A stretch of 64,000 nt of DNA, taken from the NCBI GenBank assembly GCA_963770835.1, contig CAVYRH010000008.1, positions 1-64,000 on the forward strand, written 5' to 3'. The translations under genes and the position numbers were made by a program. The DNA comes from an uncultured Pseudomonadota bacterium (GTDB taxonomy: Bacteria > Oederibacteriota > Muellerivitia > Muellerivitales > Muellerivitaceae). Below are positions 48,916 through 58,390 of this stretch, one piece after another. The notes below the pieces were generated by a model. That model made no database searches. It saw only the letters and a list, made by a program, of their open reading frames with translations, and had not been told where the DNA came from. Each line of letters opens with the position of its first letter. Position 1 is the first letter of the stretch.

Positions 48916-51900
48916 TTAATATTTTCCGGGCGCCACGATGAGCGTCTCACCTGTGTTAGTTCGCCCGAAAATCTCCGGGTCGTACATGGCCTCGGCGGTC
49001 ACGCCCGGCACCTGGAACTGGCCCGGCGTGACGGCTCGCACGCTATAAGAGAAAGCTTGTTCGCCTTCCCAGGCGCCAGAGAAAAGAAGAACCCGGTCGT
49101 CCCGGAAATCCATCGCCTCGGGCGAGAAACTGCAGTCGGGCTCGAATTGCAGGTCGCCACGGGAGGAAAGGCGGGGGTTGTCCACCTCGAAGCCGGCGGG
49201 CAGGAGGTCCACGATGACCACGTTGTCCAAACTCTTGGCGCACTTGAGGCGCAGCGTCACCACCACCAATTGGCCCTGGGCCACCGACCCCAGGTTGACG
49301 GTATTGCCCTTCTCGTCGCGGTACTCACGGGTGATCGAGATGCCGTTCTCCACCGATTCCTTCTTGGACTCCAGCTTGGTCCCTTCCGCCATCAAGTGGT
49401 AGAAGATCGGCTGGGTGCCCGTATTCTTCAGTTCCACAGTCTTGCCGGAGAGCTCTTGGGCCTTGACGACGGCCGTCTCGCCCATCAGTTCATGCGCTTC
49501 CCCGCCCTTGATGGACCAGCTGGCGCTCAAGGGGAATGCCTGGGTGGTGGCTTTGACGGCCTTCCCGATGGCCATGAAGCACCAGGCGTCTTCCTCGGTC
49601 GTGCCGAAATAACCCGTGCCCAGGACTTGCAGGTTCTTGCCGAACTCGATCAAGAGGTTTGGAATTTCGGCGTTTTGCGGGTCCGCCTCGGTCAGGGCCA
49701 ATAGGTAAAGGGCCATTTCCCGGTTGGGCGAGAACCAGTCGCCGTTCAGCTCCCGCTGTAGCTTGCTGGGCAGGTACTTGACGGGCAGGATGGAAAGGGC
49801 GGTGGTCCGGTCGCCCATGGCTGAATAAGCCAGTGACAGGAAACATTTCTGCTCGATGGGCTTTCCCGGGAGATCGCCCTTAAAAGCTGCCATGGACTCC
49901 ACGTCGGGCCGCCCGGCCAGGGCCTTCAGGTAAAGCACGTAAGAACTGTCGGGGATTTCCACGTTTTGTTTCCGGCGGTCCAACCGGCCCACGCCCTTGC
50001 CGCTCACCTGGATGGCGCCCAGGCGGTTGTAAATCTTCTCCATGACGTCGGCATTCACGTCATACCCCTTCTTTTGGGCCTCGATGAGGAAGTTGGCCAC
50101 GTAATAGAAAAGCCAGTCGCCGCCGCTTTCCTGCTGGCCCGCCCAAAGGGCGAAACTGCCGTCGGAAAGCTGCTGTTTGCACAGGTCGTTGATGCCGCCC
50201 TGCACGTATTCCTCCACCGCGTTGGCCCGATCCGGGAAGCGGCCGGTCAAGAGGCCGATATCCTTGAAGTAGAGAAGGGGGAAGGCCGTGGAGGTCTTTT
50301 GTTCCGCGCAGCCGTAGGGGTAGCGGATCAGGTAATCCATGCTGCCCAGGAAGGTCAGCAAGGGGCTGGAGGAAACCGCCAGTCTTATCTTTTGTCCCTG
50401 GGGAATGAACCCGCCGGGGACCTGCAGGGTCTCCGTGCCCCCCGCGCTCAAGGGCCCGAACTTGATCTCGGTGGAAAGGGCGTTGCCGGGCCGGACCGCC
50501 AGCTCCGTGTCCACGTCGTAGGTCCCGCCGCTTTCGTCCGTGGCGGTCACCTTGAAATGGGCCACGCCCGCATCCATCTTGGCCTTGGCGTGGAAGAGGA
50601 TCTGCTTTTGTCCCTCGTCCGAGAGGCCGAGGGATTGGGTGGCTTCCCCATCCACCGCCACCGGGCCCTCGGCGGACAAGGCCACGCTGATGGTTTGTTT
50701 TTCCTTGGTGTTGTTGTAAATGAGCACGGGCACGTCGAAGCGGTCCCCGGGCGCCAGGAAACGGGGGAAGGAAGGCTCCACGACCACAGGGTCCGCCACC
50801 TTCACATGGAAAGCCGAGGCGCCGAACTTATTGTCCTCAACTCCCAGGGCCATCACCCGCACGTCGCCCTGGAACTTGTCCGTGGGGAAATGGTAGGTGA
50901 CCTTACCCTCCTTGTCGGCGGTCAGGATGCCGGAAAACAACGCGAAGGATTTCACGCGTTTTGCCGCGATGGGGTTCAAGTGCCGGAAGCCGAAACCCTC
51001 CCCTTCGTCGCCGCCCACCGCTTCCTTACGGTTCAGGTCCGGCAAAACGTCCTCGAAGAGGCTCAGGGTAGAGGTGGTCAGGCCCCGCTTGCGGTAGAAA
51101 TACTTGAAGGGGTCGGGCGTGGTGAAAGCGATGATCTGGAGAATGCCCTCGTCCACCGCGGCCAGGACCACCTTGGAGCCGGGCGCGCCGGTTTGGAGGT
51201 TGACGTCGATGCCATCGTGGGACTTGACCGCCTCCGGTGCGTCCCATTTAAAGCCGATCTCGTGGCCTGAGGTGTCCAGGGTCAAGGTCGTGATGCCGAA
51301 GGAAGCCATAGGAAGACGCCTCAAAGCCTCGTCGGGCTTCCTCACCAAAAGGCCCACCACATAGGCATTCGGGAGGTAGCTGGATTCCACGGCCGGCAGG
51401 CTGATGACATTCAAGCCCGACACAACAGGCACGGTGCTGGTGTAGAAAACCTGCTCGCGCTCGATGGAAAGCATCAGCCTTCCGGCGAAGGGTGCCCGCA
51501 CTTCCACCTTTGGAATTTCGCCCACTGCGTATTCGGCTTTGTCCAATGTCAGCGAAAGCTTTTCCGGTTCCTGCAGGTTGGCGGGGCTTTCTTCTTCATT
51601 TGCGTTTTGTTCCTCCGGCCCCGTCACCGACACCAAGATCGAGCTTCGCATGGATTCTTCGTTGCCCAGGTAGATAGTGTATTCGCCGGGCTTGTCGGGG
51701 GTGAAGGTATAGGAGCCCTTCCCGTCTACGTCGATTTCCTTGCCGTCCACCACCTGCTCGTAATAGGCGGATTCGAAGCCCCGGCCCGACCAGCCGCTGC
51801 GCCTGAAGATGGAATACCAGACCTTGCGTTTCACCAGGAAGACCTGCTGTTTGATGGTGGTAGGTTCGCCGTCGGGGGTCACGGCTGCGTACTTGATATG

Positions 51901-54900
51901 CACCTTCTTGCCCGGCGCTGCCTCCGTCCCTTCCTCGCACTTGAGGCCCAGGTAATAAGGATAGCGGTGCACGTCCAAAACCGCGTTGGCCCCCACCGGG
52001 CGCCCGCCCGTGTCCAGGACCTCGGCGTAGATCTCGGCCTGCAGCATGGAGGGCGGCAGCATGGAAATTGGCACCGGCAGCTGCACGTCGAAAAGGCCCG
52101 CGGCGTCCGTGGTCCCGTCCGGCACGGTGAGGCTTTGGCCGGGGAATTCCCGCGTGGGGTCGGAGAAATGGTAGCCCTTCCACTTTTTGCTTGTGTATTC
52201 CTTGCTCGACAGCTGCACCGAGGCGCGAACCTTGAGGTTGACGCCGGGGGCGCCGAAGAGCTCCCGGGCCTTCACCTGGAAGGCCAGCTGTTCGCCGGGA
52301 TTGGCGACCTTCTTGGCTGGCTTTACCTCCACCTTGATCTTTTCGGGAATGAACTCCTCCACCTTAAAAGACGCGGTGGCCAGGTGCACCCCGTTCTCCA
52401 GCCCCAGGTCCGCCGAAAGCATGCCGGTGGAGATGTCCTGCGGGATGGGGAAGGTGAAGGTGGCCATGCCGTATTCCTTGAGCTGGGTTTTCAGCTTGGC
52501 CACTTCGTTGCCGGAGACGTCGTGGATGGTGAGGTTGACGGGCAGGTTGTCGGGGATTTCCAGGTCCGCGTGCCGCACCACCGCCGTGAAATAAGCCGTC
52601 TCGCCGGGCCGGTAAAGGCCGCGCTCCGAGCTTAAGAAGGCGTCCCAGCCGCTGGTGGTGAAGGGGTCGCCGCCCACGTCAAAGCGGGATTGGTTCAGGG
52701 GCTCCTGGTCGGTCCTCAGGTAGGACCAGTCGTCTCCCAGGGTGGCCACGATGACGTAGGGGCGGAAGTTATAGGGGTTGTTCTTCCAGTCCTTGAACCA
52801 GGCGCGCCCTTCCACATCCGTGTCCTTTTCCTCGATCACCTGGTTGTTATCGGAAAGAAGCTGCAAATGCACGCCGGCCTCGGGCAGGAGCTTGGAGATG
52901 GAAAGCACTTGCACCAGCAGGTCGTCGCCAGAGCGCTTCATCAGCATCCCCAGGTCCGTGCAAAGGAAGGACCGCGAGTCCCGTCCGCCGCCCTCGGCCC
53001 CGGTCAGGCTGACCACGAAGAGGCCCTTGTAGGGCGCCTGGTGCCATTTGGAAAAATCGAGGTCGGACTCCGCTTCCTGGTTGATCTGCCCTCCCTCCAC
53101 CGTGACGTTCGAGGAAAACACGTGGACCCCCATACCCGAAGTGTTGTCCACTTCATAGCCGTTGGAGCCCTCATCGCCCTCTCCCTCATCGTTGCCTTCG
53201 TCGCTGCGGTAGTTGTTGTAGCCCCGCGAGTTCTTGAGGAAGTCCACGATGTTGTTGCGGAAGACCTTCTCCACGTCCACCGTGTAGTTGTCCAGGTTCA
53301 TGGTCTTGACGGCCACGATCTTCCCACCCTCCTCGGGGATCAAGCGCCCCGCGTCGGCGAAACGCACATAGGGCTGGATGTCCTCCAGCCTCAAGGTTTC
53401 CTTGGAGTCCTGTTCCAGGACCTGCCCGGAGGTGCACACGATGCCCTTGCTGACCTTGACGGTGTAATCGGTGTTGGGTTGGAAATCAGCCTTCAGGACC
53501 GCATAGCAATATTCGGTGTCCACCTTGAAAGGAATGGCGGGGTCGATGGAGACGTTGTTACGCACCTGCGTCGCGGAAACCGGCAGGGTGAAAAGAATGG
53601 AGATGAGTGTGTTGCCCGGCACGTGATGCAGCTTGATCTCGTCCACCAAAAGCTTGGGCCGGGCCTCCAGGGTGATGGTTTTCTCAAAAGAGGACCCCAG
53701 CGGCTTGCCGCAATCCACGCAGGTCATATCGGACGAAATGACGATTTTCAGGGTTTGGGCCACATCCTGCCGCGATAACCCCCCCGCCCTCAGGAAAAAG
53801 CGCGTGGGAAGGGTGCCTTGTTCCAAAGCGTAATCCAGCTTGTCGCCTTCCCGGAAGACCGTCAGGTTCTGCTTCAAGAGGTTCATGTCCACGGGGTAAT
53901 TGAATTCTAATTCCCCCATCAATTCCTTTTCCGTGCCCTTGATGAGGTCATAGTTATAGAAGAGGCGGCTGGAAACGACCTTTAAAGGCTCGGTGGAGAA
54001 GGAAGTGCTGGCGGTACCCTGCAGGAAAAACTGCTTGCCCCGAAGGGCATCGGTTTTCAAATGGACCTTATAGGTGGTGGCAGGCTTTAAGGGCGCGGCT
54101 GGGGTAAAGACCAGGGTATTGGCATCCTCCAACCGGGTAGTGCCCGGCAGGGGGGGCTCGATTTGGAAGGCCGAATCCAAGGTGGAAGCCACCGAAACCT
54201 CGCCGGAAAACCTCACCCGGATGACGGTATTGGGGGAGGTCACCGTCCCCATGGGGGTAAAACTAATAACGCGGGTGCTGAAAAAGTCGTAAAGAACGGT
54301 TCCCAGGATGAAGAGGGCCACAACGGCGGCAATTCCTAAGACGACTTTGCGGACCGTCGGCTGATTGGAAATCTTGACGATACCCTGCCCGGATTGTTCG
54401 CCTTTTTTCATCAAAAACTTGGAAGTCTTCTGGAACCAGGGCATATCCGCGAGGAGTTTCAGTTTAGAGGAAATATCCGACGCCTTATCCTTCAAGCCGA
54501 AAGCATCGTAAGCCCAGGCGGCGCTCAGCAGGACTATCTCCCAAATCCAGGGCACCCAGCGGTTCAGGAGAAAAGCCGGAACCAGCGGTAGGAGGGCAAA
54601 GAGCCCGACTGCGATCCGGCATTTGTTTTTCTTCTCCCGCAGCTTCTCCCAGAAAAAACCGACCAATCCCGCAAGGATCAAATGAAAACCCAGCCAGGTA
54701 TTGCGGGCCATGGTGGTGTCAAAGTCGCCGCCGCCAAAACCGAAACAAATCCCGCCCAAGGTGTAAAGGGCCAAAAGCTTGAACAAGTCCCTCGGCAGTT
54801 TTAGGAAGTGCCGGCGGGCGTCGCCTGTGACCCAAGTGAGGATCACGATGGTCAGGATCGTCACCAGTCCGCTGTCTTGGCCGGAAAGGATCAGGAACCC

Positions 54901-55776
54901 AACGGCCGAAAAGCCGCCAAGCCAAACTTCCCGCTTGTGGGGTTTCAACCAGGGGTCCCAAGCCCAAAGGAGTCCCAATAAGACGGCTTGGGTTGGCCAG
55001 GTCCAATTTCCATAGCCCAGGTAATAATAGGGGAACATTGGAAGGACCGTGAAGGCCAGGAGTGCCCAGCGCCATTTCACCGTTTTGGGTTGTTTGAGCT
55101 TTTCCCAGAAAATGAACACCAACATGGAAAGGAGGAGCCGGGTTAAGACCACCACCAACTGCCATGCGTCCGAAGGCTCATTGGCGGGTGGCCAGTCACC
55201 AATTAAGACATCGGTGGCCAGGAAAAGGCCGAAGGCCTTGAGCACTTGCGGTGTCTGTCGGCCGATAAAATAACGGGCCAGGGGCGCCAGCCCGAGGGCG
55301 GTCATTACATAACGCCCTTCCCAACCCACTAAGGTCCAGATCGCCAGGCAGGTGGTCAGGAAAAGGATAAGGTAAACAGGCGTCGGAATTTTTTGGAGAA
55401 GCGCGTTCTTCTTGATCCAAACCCCAACCTCGTCCCACCACAAAAGAAGGGCCAGGTAAAAGACGGCCGTGATGGCCATAATCCACATGGACCGGGAGGC
55501 TTCGTTATAGGTATGGACCTTGGGAAACCCCTTGGCGGCCAGGTACCCCAGCAGGAAGGCGACGGAACCGTGATCCACCCATTGATTCGGCTTTTGGAGT
55601 ATTTTGGCGCGCAGGAACCAGCCCAAAAGCATCACGGGCACGAGCAGGTAAAGGGTGTTGATGGCGTTACCCTTTAAAAGATTAACCGCCGAAGGATGGT
55701 TGGCCCAATGGGTGAGCCAAGTCAGCAGGAGGACAGGAATGGAAAAAGCGGACCAGATCTTCGCGGTTTTGTTCAT
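48916..55776 (-). CDS. Bacterial alpha-2-macroglobulin with an N-terminal polytopic membrane domain
   Basis: Thioester motif YPYGCAEQ (CAEQ at 50299-50310), ERGLYRPGE, VEEFIPE, AAVDEGIL, PRFLAPGD, DLLPAGFE, AEAMYDP; first ~500 aa hydrophobic. Confidence 0.92.
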   Translation of the reverse strand: MNKTAKIWSAFSIPVLLLTWLTHWANHPSAVNLLKGNAINTLYLLVPVMLLGWFLRAKILQKPNQWVDHGSVAFLLGYLAAKGFPKVHTYNEASRSMWIMAITAVFYLALLLWWDEVGVWIKKNALLQKIPTPVYLILFLTTCLAIWTLVGWEGRYVMTALGLAPLARYFIGRQTPQVLKAFGLFLATDVLIGDWPPANEPSDAWQLVVVLTRLLLSMLVFIFWEKLKQPKTVKWRWALLAFTVLPMFPYYYLGYGNWTWPTQAVLLGLLWAWDPWLKPHKREVWLGGFSAVGFLILSGQDSGLVTILTIVILTWVTGDARRHFLKLPRDLFKLLALYTLGGICFGFGGGDFDTTMARNTWLGFHLILAGLVGFFWEKLREKKNKCRIAVGLFALLPLVPAFLLNRWVPWIWEIVLLSAAWAYDAFGLKDKASDISSKLKLLADMPWFQKTSKFLMKKGEQSGQGIVKISNQPTVRKVVLGIAAVVALFILGTVLYDFFSTRVISFTPMGTVTSPNTVIRVRFSGEVSVASTLDSAFQIEPPLPGTTRLEDANTLVFTPAAPLKPATTYKVHLKTDALRGKQFFLQGTASTSFSTEPLKVVSSRLFYNYDLIKGTEKELMGELEFNYPVDMNLLKQNLTVFREGDKLDYALEQGTLPTRFFLRAGGLSRQDVAQTLKIVISSDMTCVDCGKPLGSSFEKTITLEARPKLLVDEIKLHHVPGNTLISILFTLPVSATQVRNNVSIDPAIPFKVDTEYCYAVLKADFQPNTDYTVKVSKGIVCTSGQVLEQDSKETLRLEDIQPYVRFADAGRLIPEEGGKIVAVKTMNLDNYTVDVEKVFRNNIVDFLKNSRGYNNYRSDEGNDEGEGDEGSNGYEVDNTSGMGVHVFSSNVTVEGGQINQEAESDLDFSKWHQAPYKGLFVVSLTGAEGGGRDSRSFLCTDLGMLMKRSGDDLLVQVLSISKLLPEAGVHLQLLSDNNQVIEEKDTDVEGRAWFKDWKNNPYNFRPYVIVATLGDDWSYLRTDQEPLNQSRFDVGGDPFTTSGWDAFLSSERGLYRPGETAYFTAVVRHADLEIPDNLPVNLTIHDVSGNEVAKLKTQLKEYGMATFTFPIPQDISTGMLSADLGLENGVHLATASFKVEEFIPEKIKVEVKPAKKVANPGEQLAFQVKARELFGAPGVNLKVRASVQLSSKEYTSKKWKGYHFSDPTREFPGQSLTVPDGTTDAAGLFDVQLPVPISMLPPSMLQAEIYAEVLDTGGRPVGANAVLDVHRYPYYLGLKCEEGTEAAPGKKVHIKYAAVTPDGEPTTIKQQVFLVKRKVWYSIFRRSGWSGRGFESAYYEQVVDGKEIDVDGKGSYTFTPDKPGEYTIYLGNEESMRSSILVSVTGPEEQNANEEESPANLQEPEKLSLTLDKAEYAVGEIPKVEVRAPFAGRLMLSIEREQVFYTSTVPVVSGLNVISLPAVESSYLPNAYVVGLLVRKPDEALRRLPMASFGITTLTLDTSGHEIGFKWDAPEAVKSHDGIDVNLQTGAPGSKVVLAAVDEGILQIIAFTTPDPFKYFYRKRGLTTSTLSLFEDVLPDLNRKEAVGGDEGEGFGFRHLNPIAAKRVKSFALFSGILTADKEGKVTYHFPTDKFQGDVRVMALGVEDNKFGASAFHVKVADPVVVEPSFPRFLAPGDRFDVPVLIYNNTKEKQTISVALSAEGPVAVDGEATQSLGLSDEGQKQILFHAKAKMDAGVAHFKVTATDESGGTYDVDTELAVRPGNALSTEIKFGPLSAGGTETLQVPGGFIPQGQKIRLAVSSSPLLTFLGSMDYLIRYPYGCAEQKTSTAFPLLYFKDIGLLTGRFPDRANAVEEYVQGGINDLCKQQLSDGSFALWAGQQESGGDWLFYYVANFLIEAQKKGYDVNADVMEKIYNRLGAIQVSGKGVGRLDRRKQNVEIPDSSYVLYLKALAGRPDVESMAAFKGDLPGKPIEQKCFLSLAYSAMGDRTTALSILPVKYLPSKLQRELNGDWFSPNREMALYLLALTEADPQNAEIPNLLIEFGKNLQVLGTGYFGTTEEDAWCFMAIGKAVKATTQAFPLSASWSIKGGEAHELMGETAVVKAQELSGKTVELKNTGTQPIFYHLMAEGTKLESKKESVENGISITREYRDEKGNTVNLGSVAQGQLVVVTLRLKCAKSLDNVVIVDLLPAGFEVDNPRLSSRGDLQFEPDCSFSPEAMDFRDDRVLLFSGAWEGEQAFSYSVRAVTPGQFQVPGVTAEAMYDPEIFGRTNTGETLIVAPGKY

Positions 55777-55820
55777 AAGAAAGCCCCTCGCGGAACGAAC
55801 GGCTTGGATTTAAAAAAATG

Positions 55821-55891
55821 TTGAACGCTGATCAACACTGATGGTTCAATGTATCCCTGCACATCTGCGTGTATCTGCGTTTATCGGTGTT
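55821..55891. repeat. Degenerate periodic palindromic element
   Basis: TTGAACGCTGATCAACACTGAT ... ATCTGCGTGT ATCTGCGTTT ATCGGTGTT (10-bp units). Confidence 0.55.
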
Positions 55892-55906
55892 ACATATAAT
55901 GTTGCA

Positions 55907-57046
55907 ATGAAAGCAAAAACGTTTTTCAGCTTTTCCAATGTGATACTTTTCTTCCTAATGGTGTCGGTGGGATTTGGCCAGGAAGACAACCCGCTTCTTT
56001 CAATTCGAATCCTCGAAAAATGGAACCCCCAAGAGCTGGAGGTCCAATGCCCTCCGGACAAGGGCACTTGGAACGAAGTTAAGCTAACACGGGGTCAATT
56101 GACGGTCAACGGCAAAGCCCAAAACGGGGCATCTTGGGGCGATCCTAACGCCTCCGTGAAAATAAAAGCCGGAAATTTAACAAGGATTTATCCCGGCCAA
56201 ATCAATATTTCCACCTCCCCCGGCGAGAAGAGCATGGAGCTTCTCGTTCTAAACCGCGTTCCGCTGCTGGATTACGCGGCCTGCGTCACCGCCTTTGAAT
56301 CCGGCCACGATACTTCTCAGCCAGAATACTTGAAAGCCTTGGGAGTCTTGGTCCGCTGTTACGCGGCATCGCACCGCAAACGCCACACTTTCTATGATCT
56401 GTGCGACCTCTCCCATTGCCAGGTTTACCAAGGCCTTCCGCCGCATTTCAAATTTTGGAAAGGAATCATTGATGCTGGAAGAGGTTTTTCTTTCCCTGCC
56501 TCCATTGACCTCAAATCCCTTTATTTTAACCGCTGTTGCGGGGGCCAATTGGAATCCGCCGACCAAATCTGGGGCGGTGCTCCTTCCCCCAACCGAACCG
56601 GTCCCGATGCCTTGAACGGTGAGACCCTCTGCCAGGCCGACTCCTTCTTCCATTGGACGTCTTCCACGGAATCAGTAAATATCGAATCCACATTCAAAAC
56701 CATGGCCCACCTGCCGACGGGAGCTAGGCTTCAATCGCTGACCATTGCAGAAAAAACCCTTCACGGCCGCAATAAAACTCTTTTAGCAGTCCTTGAGCTT
56801 CCCGGCGGCGAAACCAAGGAAATCCGCGAAAACGCCCAAAGGTTTGTTTCGGAGTTCGGCAAGAACTACGGTTGGAGGGTTTTTCCCAGTCTCTGGTTTG
56901 ACTTCCGGCGCGAGGGGGATACTTATTTCTTCACCGGCCACGGTTTGGGCCATGGTGTAGGACTCTGTCAGTCGGGAGCGCTACGATTGGCCCAGATGGG
57001 GTGGAACTCAAGGGAGATTTTGAAATTTTATTTCCCCGGCAACTGA
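55907..57046 (+). CDS. SpoIID/LytB-domain protein (putative lytic transglycosylase)
   Basis: Signal peptide, LNRVPLLDY..E, LKALGV..RCYA, CDLSHCQVY, GHGLGHGVGLCQSGA, EILKFYFPG. Confidence 0.88.
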   Translation: MKAKTFFSFSNVILFFLMVSVGFGQEDNPLLSIRILEKWNPQELEVQCPPDKGTWNEVKLTRGQLTVNGKAQNGASWGDPNASVKIKAGNLTRIYPGQINISTSPGEKSMELLVLNRVPLLDYAACVTAFESGHDTSQPEYLKALGVLVRCYAASHRKRHTFYDLCDLSHCQVYQGLPPHFKFWKGIIDAGRGFSFPASIDLKSLYFNRCCGGQLESADQIWGGAPSPNRTGPDALNGETLCQADSFFHWTSSTESVNIESTFKTMAHLPTGARLQSLTIAEKTLHGRNKTLLAVLELPGGETKEIRENAQRFVSEFGKNYGWRVFPSLWFDFRREGDTYFFTGHGLGHGVGLCQSGALRLAQMGWNSREILKFYFPGN

Positions 57047-57115
57047 GAATTTACTCCGGTTTAACTTCTCGTTTACGTTTCCTACCTCCCTTTACCGGTA
57101 TTTTGTAGCTCATTC

Positions 57116-58327
57116 ATGCGAATCGCCTACTTCACCGAGAGCCTCCCCCCCTTGACCGACGGCGTGGCCCGCACCTACACCCGTCTGGCGGAATACCTCA
57201 ACAAACGGAAAATCGACTTTCTCTTCTTCGCTCCTGTCCTTCCAAAGGAAGAAGAACCTTGGAGGGGCCGGGTGGTTTGGGTTCCTTGGGTTCCTTTTCC
57301 TCTTTATCGTTATTACCGGATAGGCCTTCCCAACCCCTTCCGCCTGACCCCCATCCTGGACCGTTTTAAACCCGACCTTATCCAGGTGGCCGCGCCCACC
57401 CCCCTGGGCATCTTCGGCCAAAATTATGCCTTCAAGCACAACATTCCCCTCGTTTCCAGCTATCACACACATTTTGTGGATTACTTCCCTTATTACCGCG
57501 TCACGTGGGCAATCAAATGGGGCTGGGATTACATGCGCTGGTTCTACAACCGCACCGAAGCCGTCTTCGGCCCCAGCAACGATACCCTTTCGGAGCTCAG
57601 GAAGAGAGGCTTCAAAAACCTGGAGCTTTGGCCCCGGGGCATCGATCGCACCCGTTTTTCCCCGCGCCTGCGCAGCGAGTCCTTAAGGAAAAAGCTGGGC
57701 CTGGGCAAACAAAAACTTCTTCTTTTCGTGGGACGCATGGTGCAGGAAAAGGGCCTGGATGAGCTTTCCCACGCCGCCCTTTCCTTGAGAAAGCAGGGTT
57801 ACAAATTCCATTTGGCCTTCGCCGGGGATGGGCCCTACCGAAAGGTGATGGAAGAGCGCCTGCCCCTGGACCATTACTTCGGCTTCATCCAAGGCAAGGA
57901 ACTTTCGGATCTTTACGCCTCCTCCGACCTCTTCGTCTTCCCCTCCACCACTGAGACCTTCGGCAACGTGGTCTTGGAAGCCATGGCTTCCGGCCTGCCG
58001 GTTGTGGGCGCGGCCCAAGGCGGCTCGGTGGACCTGGTCAAACCAGGTGTAAACGGCCTTTTGGCCAAGCCCCTTGATGGCGACGATTTCGCCCGCCAAG
58101 TAAAAAGCCTGTTGGACAATCCCAAAACCATAAAAAAAATGGCCAAGGGCGCCCTCGAAACCGCCTCCAAGTTCCATTGGCCGGTGATCAACGGAATGCT
58201 CTTGAATCACTGCCGTTCTCTCATGGACAAACCCGCCCCGGATTCCAAATCCCTCAAGTCGAAAACCGGGGCCGAACCCACGGAAACCCCTAAGAAGCTG
58301 AAGCCAATACCCGCCGGACCTGCCTGA
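57116..58327 (+). CDS. GT4 glycosyltransferase (MgtA/PimB-like)
   Basis: MRIAYFTES..DGV, SYHTHF, FVGR..EKG, ETFGNVVLEAMASGLPV. Confidence 0.92.
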   Translation: MRIAYFTESLPPLTDGVARTYTRLAEYLNKRKIDFLFFAPVLPKEEEPWRGRVVWVPWVPFPLYRYYRIGLPNPFRLTPILDRFKPDLIQVAAPTPLGIFGQNYAFKHNIPLVSSYHTHFVDYFPYYRVTWAIKWGWDYMRWFYNRTEAVFGPSNDTLSELRKRGFKNLELWPRGIDRTRFSPRLRSESLRKKLGLGKQKLLLFVGRMVQEKGLDELSHAALSLRKQGYKFHLAFAGDGPYRKVMEERLPLDHYFGFIQGKELSDLYASSDLFVFPSTTETFGNVVLEAMASGLPVVGAAQGGSVDLVKPGVNGLLAKPLDGDDFARQVKSLLDNPKTIKKMAKGALETASKFHWPVINGMLLNHCRSLMDKPAPDSKSLKSKTGAEPTETPKKLKPIPAGPA

Positions 58328-58390
58328 TTTCACTTGGTTTTAACATCCTTCCCCTCGCCTCAGCGGGCCTTTGAGAAGAAAATACACCCT

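Noticed and set aside
49057..53778. Long plus-strand ORFs of 215-434 aa
   Set aside because: Antisense to the A2M gene with no recognisable motifs
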